Source: Candidatus Aldehydirespirator sp.
GTDB taxonomy: Bacteria; Actinomycetota; Acidimicrobiia; Acidimicrobiales; Aldehydirespiratoraceae
Assembly: GCA_965220645.1 (NCBI GenBank)
Contig: OZ244836.1
Span: 1,152,237 to 1,216,236, forward strand
DNA length: 64,000 nucleotides
Direction: 5' to 3'
Program-made: the position numbers and the translations under genes
Notes under the pieces: model-generated
The model's input: only the letters and a program-made list of their open reading frames with translations
The model's database searches: none
What the model was told of the DNA's origin: nothing
Shown: piece by piece, positions 8,129-17,539 of the stretch
How the letters are laid out: every line of letters starts with the position of its first letter
Position numbering within the stretch: the stretch's first letter is position 1

Positions 8129-9904
8129 ATGAGATACCCACAAAGACGCGGAATGAGGGCATTGTGGCTCTTGGTAGGCATCTTCGCCCTGATCGCGACA
8201 GCCTGTGGCGATGACGCGGATGAGCCTGTCGACGCAACGGCCGCAACCGCCGATGCCAGCACCGGCGATGCCGATGCCGACGATGCCGACGATGCCGACG
8301 ATGCCGACGATGCCGATGCCGACGATGCCGACGATACCGACGATGCCGATGCCGACGATGCCGACGATACCGACGATGCCGATGCCGATGCCGACGATAC
8401 CGACGATGCCGACACCGACGACGATGCCGATGCCGACACCGACGATGCCGTCCCCGGCGGCGAACTGGTCATCGCGCTAACGACGCAGCCGAACGCGATC
8501 GACGGCGCCAACGCTGCCGAGCGGAACGCGGGCAACGTGGCCAACCAGATCTTCGACCCGCTGGTGTGGATCAACGACGATCTGGAGTTCGAGCCCGCCC
8601 TCGCCGAGTCATGGACGGTGTCCGACGACGGCCGCGCGTACACGTTCAAGCTGCGCGAGGACGTGGTGTTCCACAACGGCGAGAAGTTCAACGCCGACGC
8701 CGTCGTCTTCTCTTGGGAGGTGCAGAAGCAGCCGGAGAACCAGTACTTCAACTACTACGAGCGGGCGTCGGAGGTGAACAAGATCGACGAGTACACCGTC
8801 GAGCTGGTCGCCCCGGAGCCCAACGCTCTCTTCCTCGGTCTCACCGGCGCCATCTGGTTCTTCGTTCCGCCTGAGTACTACAGCGAGGTCGGGCTGACGG
8901 GCTTCGGCCAGGCGCCTGTTGGTACGGGCCCCTTCATGTTCACCGAGTGGGTCCAAGGCGACCGCATCGTGTTGGACCGCAACCCGAACTATTGGCGCGA
9001 GGGCCATCCCAAGCTCGACCGGCTCGTCTTCCGGCCGATCACTGAGTCCTCCACCAGGGCTGCAGCCATACAGACCGGCGAGGTAGACATCGTGAACCGT
9101 CTCAGCCCCGACGAGGCCGCATCGCTAGAGGGCATAGACGGGGTCAACGTCATCGAGTACCCGACCAACCGCGTGTACTACATCGCGTTCAACAACCTCA
9201 CCTCTGGTGTGGGCCAGCCGACCGAGGATCCCGTAGTGCGCCAGGCTCTCAACCATGCCGTCGACGTCGAGGGCATCATCGGCGCCCTCTTCAACGGCAA
9301 GGGCGTCCGAGCAACCGGGCTGATGACGGCCGCCGACTTCGGTTACAACAGCGACCTGTCGCCCTATGCCTACGATCCCGACCGGGCGCGGGAACTGCTG
9401 GCCGAAGCCGGGTATCCCGACGGGTTCGACATCGATTTCGCTTGCCCGTCCGGCGCCTACACCAACTTCGAGCAGGTGTGCGAGGCCGTCAGGGCCCAGC
9501 TCGACGCAGTGGGCGTCAACGCGTCGCTCGAGGTCATGGACTCCGGGGCGTACTGGGACCTGGAGGCCGACAAGCAGCTTCCGCCGCTGTTCGGCGACAG
9601 TTGGTCGAATGCCAATCCCGAGGGCTGGGATCGCCTGCAGGGTGCCATGGGTGGAAATGCTGCGAGCTTTTCGGCATGGTCGGACCCGGTCGTTGACGAC
9701 CTGATGCTGCGGATACTGGCAACACCCGACGATGCGGCCCGTGCCGACCTGTACCGGCAGTTGCAACAGCACATGTACGACGACCCGCCGTTCATCTATC
9801 TGTACGTACCGTTCTCCTTCGAGGCAAGGAGCGATCGGGTCGTCAACTACAAGCCCCGCTCAGCCGAGGAGTACTGGCTCTGGTATCTGGAGAGCGCCGG
9901 ATGA
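8129..9904 (+). CDS. ABC transporter substrate-binding lipoprotein, family 5 (peptide/nickel, Dpp/Opp-like)
   Basis: GGAGGT lies 8 nt upstream of ATG 8129. Signal peptide with lipobox LIATAC. The mature body has family-5 SBP features (ELVIALTTQPN..., NPNYWREGHPKLD). Confidence 0.85.
   Translation: MRYPQRRGMRALWLLVGIFALIATACGDDADEPVDATAATADASTGDADADDADDADDADDADADDADDTDDADADDADDTDDADADADDTDDADTDDDADADTDDAVPGGELVIALTTQPNAIDGANAAERNAGNVANQIFDPLVWINDDLEFEPALAESWTVSDDGRAYTFKLREDVVFHNGEKFNADAVVFSWEVQKQPENQYFNYYERASEVNKIDEYTVELVAPEPNALFLGLTGAIWFFVPPEYYSEVGLTGFGQAPVGTGPFMFTEWVQGDRIVLDRNPNYWREGHPKLDRLVFRPITESSTRAAAIQTGEVDIVNRLSPDEAASLEGIDGVNVIEYPTNRVYYIAFNNLTSGVGQPTEDPVVRQALNHAVDVEGIIGALFNGKGVRATGLMTAADFGYNSDLSPYAYDPDRARELLAEAGYPDGFDIDFACPSGAYTNFEQVCEAVRAQLDAVGVNASLEVMDSGAYWDLEADKQLPPLFGDSWSNANPEGWDRLQGAMGGNAASFSAWSDPVVDDLMLRILATPDDAARADLYRQLQQHMYDDPPFIYLYVPFSFEARSDRVVNYKPRSAEEYWLWYLESAG
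8267..8449 (+). repeat. in-frame GAT/GCC/GAC/ACC microsatellite encoding a 61-residue Asp/Ala/Thr-only linker; includes a perfect 33-bp tandem duplication
   Basis: Consists of gatgccgac-type 9-bp units. The 33-bp unit gatgccgatgccgacgatgccgacgataccgac at 8309..8341 is repeated exactly at 8342..8374. Confidence 0.95.
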
Positions 9905-9933
9905 TCGCTGCTATCTCCTGATTCGAACGTCGA

Positions 9934-9970
9934 GCGGTGGGGCCGGGGCGCTGCGCTTCGGCCCCACCGC
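9934..9970 (+). terminator. strong GC hairpin between the SBP and permease genes (attenuator/mRNA-stabiliser type)
   Basis: Perfect 12-bp stem gcggtggggccg / cggccccaccgc with a 13-nt loop, 30 nt after the SBP stop. No U-tract follows. Confidence 0.55.
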
Positions 9971-10004
9971 CGCACCGAGGGCGAGTGAGCGAAGGGTGAG
10001 ATAG

Positions 10005-11039
10005 GTGCCGAGGTACCTGGCAGGTCGCATAGGCCAGTCGCTGGTGCTCGTGTTCGGCGTCATGGTGATCGTCTTCTCGATGCTGCGGGTGTCCGGCGAC
10101 CCGACCAACCTGCTCGTCCCCCGGGAAGCGACCCAGGCCCAGCGAGAAGCGGCGCGCCAGGCGCACGGCCTGGACAGGAGCGTTCCCGAACAGTTCGTCG
10201 ACTTCGTGGGCGACTCGGCTCGCCTCGACTTCGGCAACTCGCTTCGCTACAAGATCCCGGTGCGGGAGGTGATTCTCGACCGTCTGCCCGCCACGATCGA
10301 GCTGGGCGTGGCCGCGATGGCCTTCGCGGTCGCGATCGGAGTGCCGCTGGGAATCCTGGCGGGCGTCAAGGCAGGCCGCCGATGGGACGGCGCGGCGCGC
10401 GGGTTCGCGTTGCTGGGCCAGACGATTCCCAACTTCTGGCTGTCGCTGGTCTTCATCCTCGTGTTCGCGGTACAGCTCAGATGGTTGCCGTCGTTCGGGC
10501 GCAACACCCTGTCACTGTGGTTCGTGACGGTGCCCGACAAGTCCATCATCCTTCCGGCCGTCGCCCTCGGGCTGTTCCCGATGGCTCAGCTGCTGCGCTT
10601 CACCAGGTCGTCGGTGCTGGAGATCGTCAACGAGGAGTACGTGCGCATCGCTCGAAGCAAAGGCCTCAGGACGCCGCTCATCTACAGCCGCTACATCCTG
10701 CGCAACGCGCTCATCCCGCTCATCAGCGTCATGAGCCTGCAGGTCGGCGCTCTGCTGGGCGGCTCGCTGTACATCGAGGCCGTGTTTGCGTGGCCGGGCG
10801 CCGGAGGGCTGCTGGCCGAGGCGGTGACCAACCGCGACTTCCAGCTCGTGCAGGGCATAGCGTTCTTCGGCGCGCTGATCGTGATCCTGTTCTCGCTGCT
10901 CTCCGACGTTCTGTACACCGTCGCCGACCCCCGCATCAGAGTGGGAAGGCTGCGTCCAGCGGTGAGCAGCCCGCGCAGCGCGAGTCGGCACGATACGTCG
11001 GCGACGATCCCGAAGCCCCACGGAGAGGGGATCACATGA
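10005..11039 (+). CDS. ABC transporter permease (DppB/OppB-like)
   Basis: GTG start. Multiple TM segments, with an EAA-like region IARSKGLRTPLIYSRYILRNALIPLI. Confidence 0.85.
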   Translation: MPRYLAGRIGQSLVLVFGVMVIVFSMLRVSGDPTNLLVPREATQAQREAARQAHGLDRSVPEQFVDFVGDSARLDFGNSLRYKIPVREVILDRLPATIELGVAAMAFAVAIGVPLGILAGVKAGRRWDGAARGFALLGQTIPNFWLSLVFILVFAVQLRWLPSFGRNTLSLWFVTVPDKSIILPAVALGLFPMAQLLRFTRSSVLEIVNEEYVRIARSKGLRTPLIYSRYILRNALIPLISVMSLQVGALLGGSLYIEAVFAWPGAGGLLAEAVTNRDFQLVQGIAFFGALIVILFSLLSDVLYTVADPRIRVGRLRPAVSSPRSASRHDTSATIPKPHGEGIT

Positions 11040-11995
11040 CTGATCGCACCCCTCCCGAAAGCGCCGGTCGGCCCGGCGCGGAGGTCGACTCCGGCCTTCT
11101 GGTCGATGTCGAGAAGGACGTGCGCATCCGGGCTCGGATTCGCAGCGGCCTGCGACTGCTGCTGCGGTCCAAGGGCGGCACGGCCGGTGCGCTCGTGTTC
11201 GTCATGCTGGTCGTTCTGGCGGTGTTCGCTCCGTGGATCGCCCCCCACGATCCCCTCCAGCAGACTCTGGGTGACTCCAGGACCCCGCCGTTCTTCGCCG
11301 ACGGCGGCTCCACCGAATACCTGATCGGCACCGATGATCTCGGACGCGACATTCTCAGCCGGATCATCTTCGGAACCCGGGTCTCGCTCGGCGTGTCCCT
11401 CGGCGGCGTTGGCATCGCCATCACGCTGGGCATGACGATCGGCCTCATCGCCGGCTACCGGGGCGGCACTATCGACGCCGTGATCGTGGGGTTCATCAAC
11501 TTGGTCCTGTCGCTGCCCTATCTGCTGTTCGTGGTGTTCTTCGCCGCCGTCGTCGGACGGAGCCTTCTCAACGTGATCCTGATCTTCGGCTTCACGTCGA
11601 TCCCGGTGTTCGCCCGCGTCACGCGGGGCGAGGTCCTGAAACTGCGCGAGAGCACCTTCATCGAGGCGGCCCGAAACGTCGGCGTGCCCGAGGGCCAGAT
11701 CCTGCGGCTGCACCTGCTGCCCAACCTCGTCGGCCCCTTGGCCACGCTGGCCACCTTCGAGATATCGGCCATGATCCTCTACGAGGCCGGCCTCGGATTC
11801 CTCGGCCTCTCGGTCCCGCCCAGCACCCCTAGCTGGGGCAACATGATCAGCTCCGGTCGAGGGGTCCTCGCGATCCGTCCGTGGATCTCGCTGGCGCCCG
11901 GGTTCGCCATCGTGGTGGCCGGGCTCGGACTCAACCTGTTGGGCGACTGGTTGCGCGACGCGCTCGACCCCCGATCCAAGCGGGTGAAGCAGTGA
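11036..11995 (+). CDS. ABC transporter permease (DppC/OppC-like)
   Basis: ATG 11036 overlaps the upstream stop (ATGA). Contains the [16 protein letters not shown] motif and an EAA-like FIEAARNVGVPEGQILRLHLLPN. Confidence 0.85.
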   Translation: MTDRTPPESAGRPGAEVDSGLLVDVEKDVRIRARIRSGLRLLLRSKGGTAGALVFVMLVVLAVFAPWIAPHDPLQQTLGDSRTPPFFADGGSTEYLIGTDDLGRDILSRIIFGTRVSLGVSLGGVGIAITLGMTIGLIAGYRGGTIDAVIVGFINLVLSLPYLLFVVFFAAVVGRSLLNVILIFGFTSIPVFARVTRGEVLKLRESTFIEAARNVGVPEGQILRLHLLPNLVGPLATLATFEISAMILYEAGLGFLGLSVPPSTPSWGNMISSGRGVLAIRPWISLAPGFAIVVAGLGLNLLGDWLRDALDPRSKRVKQ

Positions 11996-12999
11996 ACACC
12001 GCACCACTGATCGAGGTGTGCGACCTCGAGGTGCGGTTCGAGATCCCCGAAGGAACGGTGCATGCCGTGAACGGCGTGACGTTCTCGGTCGCCAGAGGCG
12101 AGACGCTGGCTGTGGTGGGCGAGAGCGGAAGCGGCAAGACGGTGACGATGCTCGCCCTGCTGCGACTGCTCGCCGAACCGCCGGCTCGGATAGCCAGCGG
12201 CACAGCCACGCTCGAGACGGCCAGGGGAACGGTCGAACTCCTTGAGGAGTCGCAGCGCCGGCTGCGGCGGGTCCGGGGGGCCGAGATCGGGTTCATCGCC
12301 CAGGACCCCATGACCTCTCTCAACCCGACGGTGAGGATCTCCACGCAGCTCATCGATGTGATCCGCACCCATCTCGGCCTCTCCAGACGGCAGGCCCGGG
12401 CCCGCGCCATCGACCTGCTCAAGCGGGTGGGAATACCCGACGCGGAGAACCGCGTCGATGCCTACCCCCACGAGTTCTCGGGAGGCATGCGACAGCGTGT
12501 CATGATCGCGATCGCGGTGGCATGCAACCCCCAGCTCGTGATCGCCGACGAGCCGACCACGGCGCTCGACGTCACCGTTCAGGCCCAGATCGCCGAGCTG
12601 ATGAACGACCTGCGCGACGAGCTCGGGATGGCCCTGATCTGGATCACTCACGACCTCGGCGTGGTGGCCGGCCTGGCTGACCGGGTGGCGGTGATGTACG
12701 CCGGCCGGCTCGTGGAGATAACCGACGTGGCCGCCCTGTACGAGCGACCGCTGCACCCCTACACCATCGGGCTCCTGAACGCGCTTCCCAAGATGGGCGA
12801 CCGGGCCAGCCGCTTGACGAGCATTCCCGGCGTGCCGCCTGATCTCGCGGAGGCGCCGACTCACTGCTCGTTCGCGGCTCGCTGTCCACATGTGTTCGAC
12901 CGCTGCCTAAGCGAGGTGCCGCCGCTGATCGAGCCGGTTCCCGACCACCATGTCGCTTGCTTCTATGACGTCGAGGCGGCCGGGCCGAGGAATGACTGA
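11992..12999 (+). CDS. ABC transporter ATP-binding protein (DppD/OppD-like)
   Basis: GTG overlaps the upstream stop. Walker A GESGSGKT, signature FSGGMRQR, Walker B LVIADEPTTALD. Confidence 0.9.
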   Translation: MNTAPLIEVCDLEVRFEIPEGTVHAVNGVTFSVARGETLAVVGESGSGKTVTMLALLRLLAEPPARIASGTATLETARGTVELLEESQRRLRRVRGAEIGFIAQDPMTSLNPTVRISTQLIDVIRTHLGLSRRQARARAIDLLKRVGIPDAENRVDAYPHEFSGGMRQRVMIAIAVACNPQLVIADEPTTALDVTVQAQIAELMNDLRDELGMALIWITHDLGVVAGLADRVAVMYAGRLVEITDVAALYERPLHPYTIGLLNALPKMGDRASRLTSIPGVPPDLAEAPTHCSFAARCPHVFDRCLSEVPPLIEPVPDHHVACFYDVEAAGPRND

Positions 13000-14056
13000 C
13001 CACGCCATCGCGGAGTCGGCTCGGTCGGCCCAGCCCACCGACGGGTCGCCGTCTCCGGCCACTCCCGCGGGTTGCGGCGAGCCGGTGCTTCGGGTCGTGG
13101 ACATGACGAAGTACTTCCCCGGAAGGTCCCGCGACAGGCCCATCAAGGCGGTCGACGGCGTGAGCTTCGAGGTCTTCGCGGGCGAGACGCTCGGACTGGT
13201 CGGCGAGAGCGGCTGCGGCAAGTCCACCACCGGACGGGCGGTGCTCCAGCTCCATCGTCCATCCTCCGGTCGGGTCTGGCTCGGCGACATCGAGCTCACC
13301 GCCCTCGGCGAGAATGAGCTGCGCGGGCTCCGGCCGCGGATGCAGATGATCTTCCAGGACTCCTACTCATCGCTGAATCCGCGGCACACCGTGGGCCGCA
13401 TCGTCGGCGAGCCTATGAGGGTCCACACCGACATGACGGCCCGGCAGGTCACCGATCGAGTGATCGAGCTTCTCGATCTTGTGGGCCTACGGCCTGCTCA
13501 CCGAAGCCGCTACCCCCACGAGTTCTCCGGCGGTCAGCGCCAGCGCATCAACATCGCCCGGGCGCTGGCCCTCAGCCCCGACCTGATCGTGTGCGACGAG
13601 CCCATCTCCGCGCTGGACGTGTCGATCCAAGCCCAGGTGGTCAACCTGCTGGCCGATCTCCAGGACGAGTTCGGGATCGCCTACCTGTTCGTGGCCCACG
13701 ACCTATCGATGGTCGAGTACATCTCTGACCGGGTGGCGGTGATGTATCTGGGACACATCGTCGAGCTCGCGCCGACCAAGGCCCTGTTCACGGCGACGCT
13801 CCACCCCTACACGCAGGCCCTGCTGTCGGCGGTTCCGGTGCCGGACCCCGTGGCCGAGGCCGGCCGGACCCGCATTCCCGTGGTGGGGGAGGTCCCGAGT
13901 CCCGCATCGCCACCGCCGGGCTGCGTGTTCTCCACCCGCTGCCCGCTGGTTGTCGACCGCTGCCGTGCCGAAGTGCCCGTCCTGCGTGAGATCATGCCCA
14001 ACCATTGGGCTGCGTGTCACCTCGCGGATCTTGAGGGATCGTCGATCGTCGGCTAG
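12992..14056 (+). CDS. ABC transporter ATP-binding protein (DppF/OppF-like)
   Basis: ATG 12992 overlaps the upstream stop. Walker [10 protein letters not shown], signature FSGGQRQR, Walker [13 protein letters not shown]. Confidence 0.9.
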   Translation: MTDHAIAESARSAQPTDGSPSPATPAGCGEPVLRVVDMTKYFPGRSRDRPIKAVDGVSFEVFAGETLGLVGESGCGKSTTGRAVLQLHRPSSGRVWLGDIELTALGENELRGLRPRMQMIFQDSYSSLNPRHTVGRIVGEPMRVHTDMTARQVTDRVIELLDLVGLRPAHRSRYPHEFSGGQRQRINIARALALSPDLIVCDEPISALDVSIQAQVVNLLADLQDEFGIAYLFVAHDLSMVEYISDRVAVMYLGHIVELAPTKALFTATLHPYTQALLSAVPVPDPVAEAGRTRIPVVGEVPSPASPPPGCVFSTRCPLVVDRCRAEVPVLREIMPNHWAACHLADLEGSSIVG

Positions 14057-14070
14057 ATGCACAGAGGGAC

Positions 14071-14220
14071 GCCTGATGGGGTTCGTGACGCACAGCATCC
14101 ACTTCTCGCAGGGCAGGGAAGCCTGGTGGACTTCGTGACGCATAACGTTGGCTGCTGGCAAGGCGAGGAGGCCTGATGAGGTTCGTGACGTACAACATCC
14201 ACTACTCGCAGGGCAAGGAC
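14071..14220 (+). repeat. 3 x 50-bp tandem repeat; the third unit carries the real RBS-spacer, start codon and first 15 codons of the EEP gene
   Basis: The units are 14071..14120, 14121..14170 and 14171..14220. Unit 1 versus unit 3 is 44/50 identical and unit 2 versus unit 3 is 35/50 (hand alignment). Confidence 0.9.
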
Positions 14221-15039
14221 GACCTCTACAATCTTGAGAGGATCGCCAGCGCGGTCCGCGACGCCGACGTGATCGCGCTGCAGGAGGTCGTGCGGAACGT
14301 CGACTCGGTGCCCGACAGGGACCAGCCGGCCCGCCTGGGCGAGCTGCTTGACGAGCATCACTGGGTGTACGGGCCCAACGTCGATCTCGACGCAGCCCCG
14401 CGAGTTCCCGGTCGGCCCCGCGAGCATCGTCGCCTGCAGTTCGGGAACATGGTCCTTGCCCGCTGGCCCATCCTGTCGTGCCGGAACCTGCTGTTGCCGA
14501 GGGTTCGGCGCTTCGACGCCAACGGCACGCAGCACGGAGCGCTCGAAGCGATCATCGACGCTCCCTCCGGGCCTGTCCGGTGCTATTCGGTTCATCTGGA
14601 CGCTATGAACCATCGGCAGCGTCGAGCAGAGATCAAGTACCTGCTGCCGCTGCTGTTCCGGGTCCCCTTCGACGGGGCGTCGGTCACCGGGCCGGAATGG
14701 CTGGGTATGGCCGAGAGCCCCACGCCCGCGGAGTTCGTTCTCATGGGCGACTTCAACCTGACTCCCACATCGGGCGAGTACCCGCTCATCGTCGGTGAGG
14801 CCGACTACTACTACGGCCTCACTGTGGCTGGCGACCGGCTCGTGGACACCTGGACGGCCGCGGGCCACTCCGCCGACGAGGGGATCACCTGGTACGACGG
14901 CAGCCGAGGGTTCGAGCCCGGTTCGAGGCTCGACTACGGATTCGTGACGCCGGGTCTGGCGCCGAGGGTCCGGTCGGCATGGATCGACGACAAGGCGGTC
15001 GGCTCAGACCATCAGCCCGCCTGGTTCGAGCTCGATTAG
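14176..15039 (+). CDS. endonuclease/exonuclease/phosphatase (EEP) family protein
   Basis: N-terminal MRFVTYNIHYSQG, then IALQEV, and a C-terminal GSDHQPAWFEL, matching the DNase I-like EEP motifs. Confidence 0.75.
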   Translation: MRFVTYNIHYSQGKDDLYNLERIASAVRDADVIALQEVVRNVDSVPDRDQPARLGELLDEHHWVYGPNVDLDAAPRVPGRPREHRRLQFGNMVLARWPILSCRNLLLPRVRRFDANGTQHGALEAIIDAPSGPVRCYSVHLDAMNHRQRRAEIKYLLPLLFRVPFDGASVTGPEWLGMAESPTPAEFVLMGDFNLTPTSGEYPLIVGEADYYYGLTVAGDRLVDTWTAAGHSADEGITWYDGSRGFEPGSRLDYGFVTPGLAPRVRSAWIDDKAVGSDHQPAWFELD

Positions 15040-15130
15040 GTGTTCTCCACGCTCTAGCCGCCCCTCCGGGACACGCGCCGGATTACGCTGGCCGGCGTCA
15101 AGGGATCCGACAATGCAGGAGGTGTGAGCG

Positions 15131-16048
15131 GTGTTCGAGCGGTTCACCGACAGGGCCCGTCGCGTCGTGATTCTGGCCCAGGAAGAGGCGCGCCTCCTCA
15201 ACCACAACTACATAGGCACCGAGCACATCCTCTTGGGCCTCATCCACGAGCACGAGGGGGTGGCGGCCAAGGCGCTGGAATCCCTCGACATCAGCCTCGA
15301 GTCGGTGCGGGCACAGGTGGAGGAGATCATCGGCCGGGGTGGCATCACTCCGAGCGGTCACATCCCCTTCACTCCCAGGGCCAAGAAGGTCCTCGAGTTG
15401 AGCCTGCGCGAGTCGCTGCAGCTCGGCCACAATTACATCGGCACCGAGCACATCCTGCTCGGCCTCTTGCGCGAGGGCGAGGGTGTCGCTGCGCAAGTGC
15501 TGTTAGAGCTGGGCGCGGATCTGGACCGGGTGCGCGAGCAGGTTGTCCAGCTACTGGTGGCTCAAGGAGACGCGTCCTCGTCGGCCTCGGAGGGCGAGGC
15601 GGTGCCGGCAATGGGCGAGCCCTCGGCTAGCCGGTCACGCGTTCTGGCTTTCCGTAAGCGCGTCAACATCTCCAGCGGGGGGCCGTTGGAGGCGACGGTC
15701 GGCTACTCGCGGGCTGTCCGGGTTGGCGACCACGTGGTCGTAGCGGGCACGACGACGCTGCGACCGGACGGGGTCGACCATCCCGGTGACTGCTACCTGC
15801 AGACCCGGGCAGTGCTTCGGCTGATCGAGGACGCGCTCGGGCGTGTCGGTGCAACCCTCGGCGATGTGGTGCGGACGCGGGCGTTTCTCACCGACATCTC
15901 GAAGGCCGACGACTACGGGCGGGCTCACGGCGAGGTGTTCGGCGACATCCGTCCTGCGGCCACGCTGGTGGAGGTCTCGGCGCTGGTGCACCCCGACCTC
16001 GTAGTCGAGATCGAGGTCGACGCCATCGGTTCGCCCGACTGGGACTAA
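15131..16048 (+). CDS. Clp_N (double Clp R repeat) - RidA/YjgF fusion protein
   Basis: GGAGGTGTGAGCG precedes the GTG start. Residues 1-145 match the ClpC N-domain repeats ([13 protein letters not shown]...[12 protein letters not shown], twice). Residues ~180-300 have the RidA pattern ([18 protein letters not shown]...VRTRAFLTD...[11 protein letters not shown]...VVEIEVDA). Confidence 0.75.
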   Translation: MFERFTDRARRVVILAQEEARLLNHNYIGTEHILLGLIHEHEGVAAKALESLDISLESVRAQVEEIIGRGGITPSGHIPFTPRAKKVLELSLRESLQLGHNYIGTEHILLGLLREGEGVAAQVLLELGADLDRVREQVVQLLVAQGDASSSASEGEAVPAMGEPSASRSRVLAFRKRVNISSGGPLEATVGYSRAVRVGDHVVVAGTTTLRPDGVDHPGDCYLQTRAVLRLIEDALGRVGATLGDVVRTRAFLTDISKADDYGRAHGEVFGDIRPAATLVEVSALVHPDLVVEIEVDAIGSPDWD

Positions 16049-16096
16049 CAGCCGACTCGGGGGAGTGCCGGGTCGGGCTCCGGTAGGGTTTCCGCG

Positions 16097-17539
16097 ATGC
16101 GCGGCGTGATCTCGGCAGCGGGTTACGTGCCCTACCGCAGGCTCGACCGGTCCGAGATCGCCGCCTTCTTCGGCTCCGGCGGCGGCACGGGCACACGGGC
16201 GGTGGCGTCCTACGACGAGGACACCACCACCATGGGCCAAGCCGCCGCTGACCTGTCCCTTCGGTCCGCAGCTGTCGAGCCTGAGGCCGTATGGTTCGCC
16301 ACGTCGGCTCCGGCCTACTTGGAGAAGACCAACGCGGCTGCCATTCACGCGGCCCTGCGGCTCGATCCGGCCGTGGGCGCACTCGACTTCGGCGGCGCAG
16401 TCCGCTCCGGATTCGGCGCGCTGCGCACCGCGCTGGCCGGACGTGGCCCGACCCTGGTCGTGGCAGCAGACACCCGAGACGGCATGCCCGCCGGTGCTGA
16501 CGAGGCTGTTGCTGGCGATGGGGCCGCCGCAGTGCTGGTGGGTGACGACTCCGACGGGCCGGTGCTGGCCGAATACCTCGGCGGCGCGTCTCGCACGCTT
16601 GAAGTCACCGAGCGCTGGCGGACGCCGGGCAGCGACCGCTCGCGCGCTTGGGAGGAGCGCTTCGGCGCGCACGTCTTCGGCCCAGCTGCACTGGTGACAT
16701 GGCAGGCCGCGCTGATCGCCAGCGGGCTGGGCGACACCGCCGACATCGACCGCCTGGCAGTCACCGGTCTCAACAGCCGGGCCGTGGCTTCGGCCCTGAA
16801 GGCCATCGACGTCAAGGCGGGCAGCCTTGTAGATCCCCTCATCGCCATGGTGGGCAACACGGCAACCGCCCATCCGGCACTGCTGCTGTGCTCGGCCTTG
16901 GAGCACGCCGACCCGGGCGAGACCATCGCGGTGGTGGCGCTGGCCGACGGGGTGGAGGTGATCGTGCTGCGGGTCACGGAGGCCATAGCCGACCACCGCC
17001 CAGCCGAATCGATCGCGGCCCAGATCGCCGCGGGCGGGCCGCTCAGCTACGGCCGCTTCCTGGCTTGGCGCAACATGGTGACCGTGGAGCCTCCGAATCG
17101 GCCGACCCCGCCCCGACCGTCGTCGTCGGCTGCTCAACGCCGGACCGACTGGAAGTACGGGTTCACCGGCTCCCGTGACCGGTCCAGCGGCATGGTTCAC
17201 CTGCCCCCGGCCCGAGTGTCGGAGAAGGGCGGCGCGGCTGACGACATGGATCCTGCGCCCATGGCCCACGCCACCGGCACCGTCGCCAGCTTCACAGTGG
17301 ACCGGCTCGCCTACTCGCCCAGCCCGCCGACCGTGTTCGCGGTGGTCGATTTCGATGAAGGAGGCCGGACACCCCTGGAGCTCACCGATGTCGACGCCGA
17401 CGAGGTGCATGTCGGCATGCGTGTAGAGCCGACGTTCCGGCGGCTCTACACCGCCGACGAGATCCACAACTACTTCTGGAAGGCCCGACCGCTGAGGAAC
17501 GGCACCTCCGGCGGCGTACCACCGGGAGACAGCCGGTGA
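16097..17539 (+). CDS. HMG-CoA synthase-like thiolase-fold domain fused to a DUF35/OB-fold domain, apparently lacking the nucleophilic Cys
   Basis: N-terminal GYVPYRRLDRSEIA...SYDEDTTTMGQAAA is HMGCS-like. The C-terminal ~130 aa (GTVASFTVDRLAY...VGMRVEPTF) is DUF35-OB-like. There is only one Cys in 480 aa. Confidence 0.6.
   Translation: MRGVISAAGYVPYRRLDRSEIAAFFGSGGGTGTRAVASYDEDTTTMGQAAADLSLRSAAVEPEAVWFATSAPAYLEKTNAAAIHAALRLDPAVGALDFGGAVRSGFGALRTALAGRGPTLVVAADTRDGMPAGADEAVAGDGAAAVLVGDDSDGPVLAEYLGGASRTLEVTERWRTPGSDRSRAWEERFGAHVFGPAALVTWQAALIASGLGDTADIDRLAVTGLNSRAVASALKAIDVKAGSLVDPLIAMVGNTATAHPALLLCSALEHADPGETIAVVALADGVEVIVLRVTEAIADHRPAESIAAQIAAGGPLSYGRFLAWRNMVTVEPPNRPTPPRPSSSAAQRRTDWKYGFTGSRDRSSGMVHLPPARVSEKGGAADDMDPAPMAHATGTVASFTVDRLAYSPSPPTVFAVVDFDEGGRTPLELTDVDADEVHVGMRVEPTFRRLYTADEIHNYFWKARPLRNGTSGGVPPGDSR

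Noticed and set aside
8267-8449. Possible CRISPR-like array because of the dense short repeats
   Set aside because: The units are 9 bp and contiguous with no spacers, lie in-frame inside a CDS, and there are no cas genes. This is a coding microsatellite.
8074-8751. ORFs encoding MPTMPT... (8205..8480, plus) and SASSAS... (8074..8751, minus) repeats
   Set aside because: They are alternative-frame and antisense readings of the Asp/Ala microsatellite inside the SBP gene. The SBP frame has the signal peptide, the lipobox and a full family-5 body.
15635-17467. 610-aa minus-strand ORF overlapping the Clp_N-RidA and HMGCS-like genes
   Set aside because: Same Arg/Gly/Pro-rich shadow-ORF character. 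The plus-strand genes have clear domain motifs and translational coupling.
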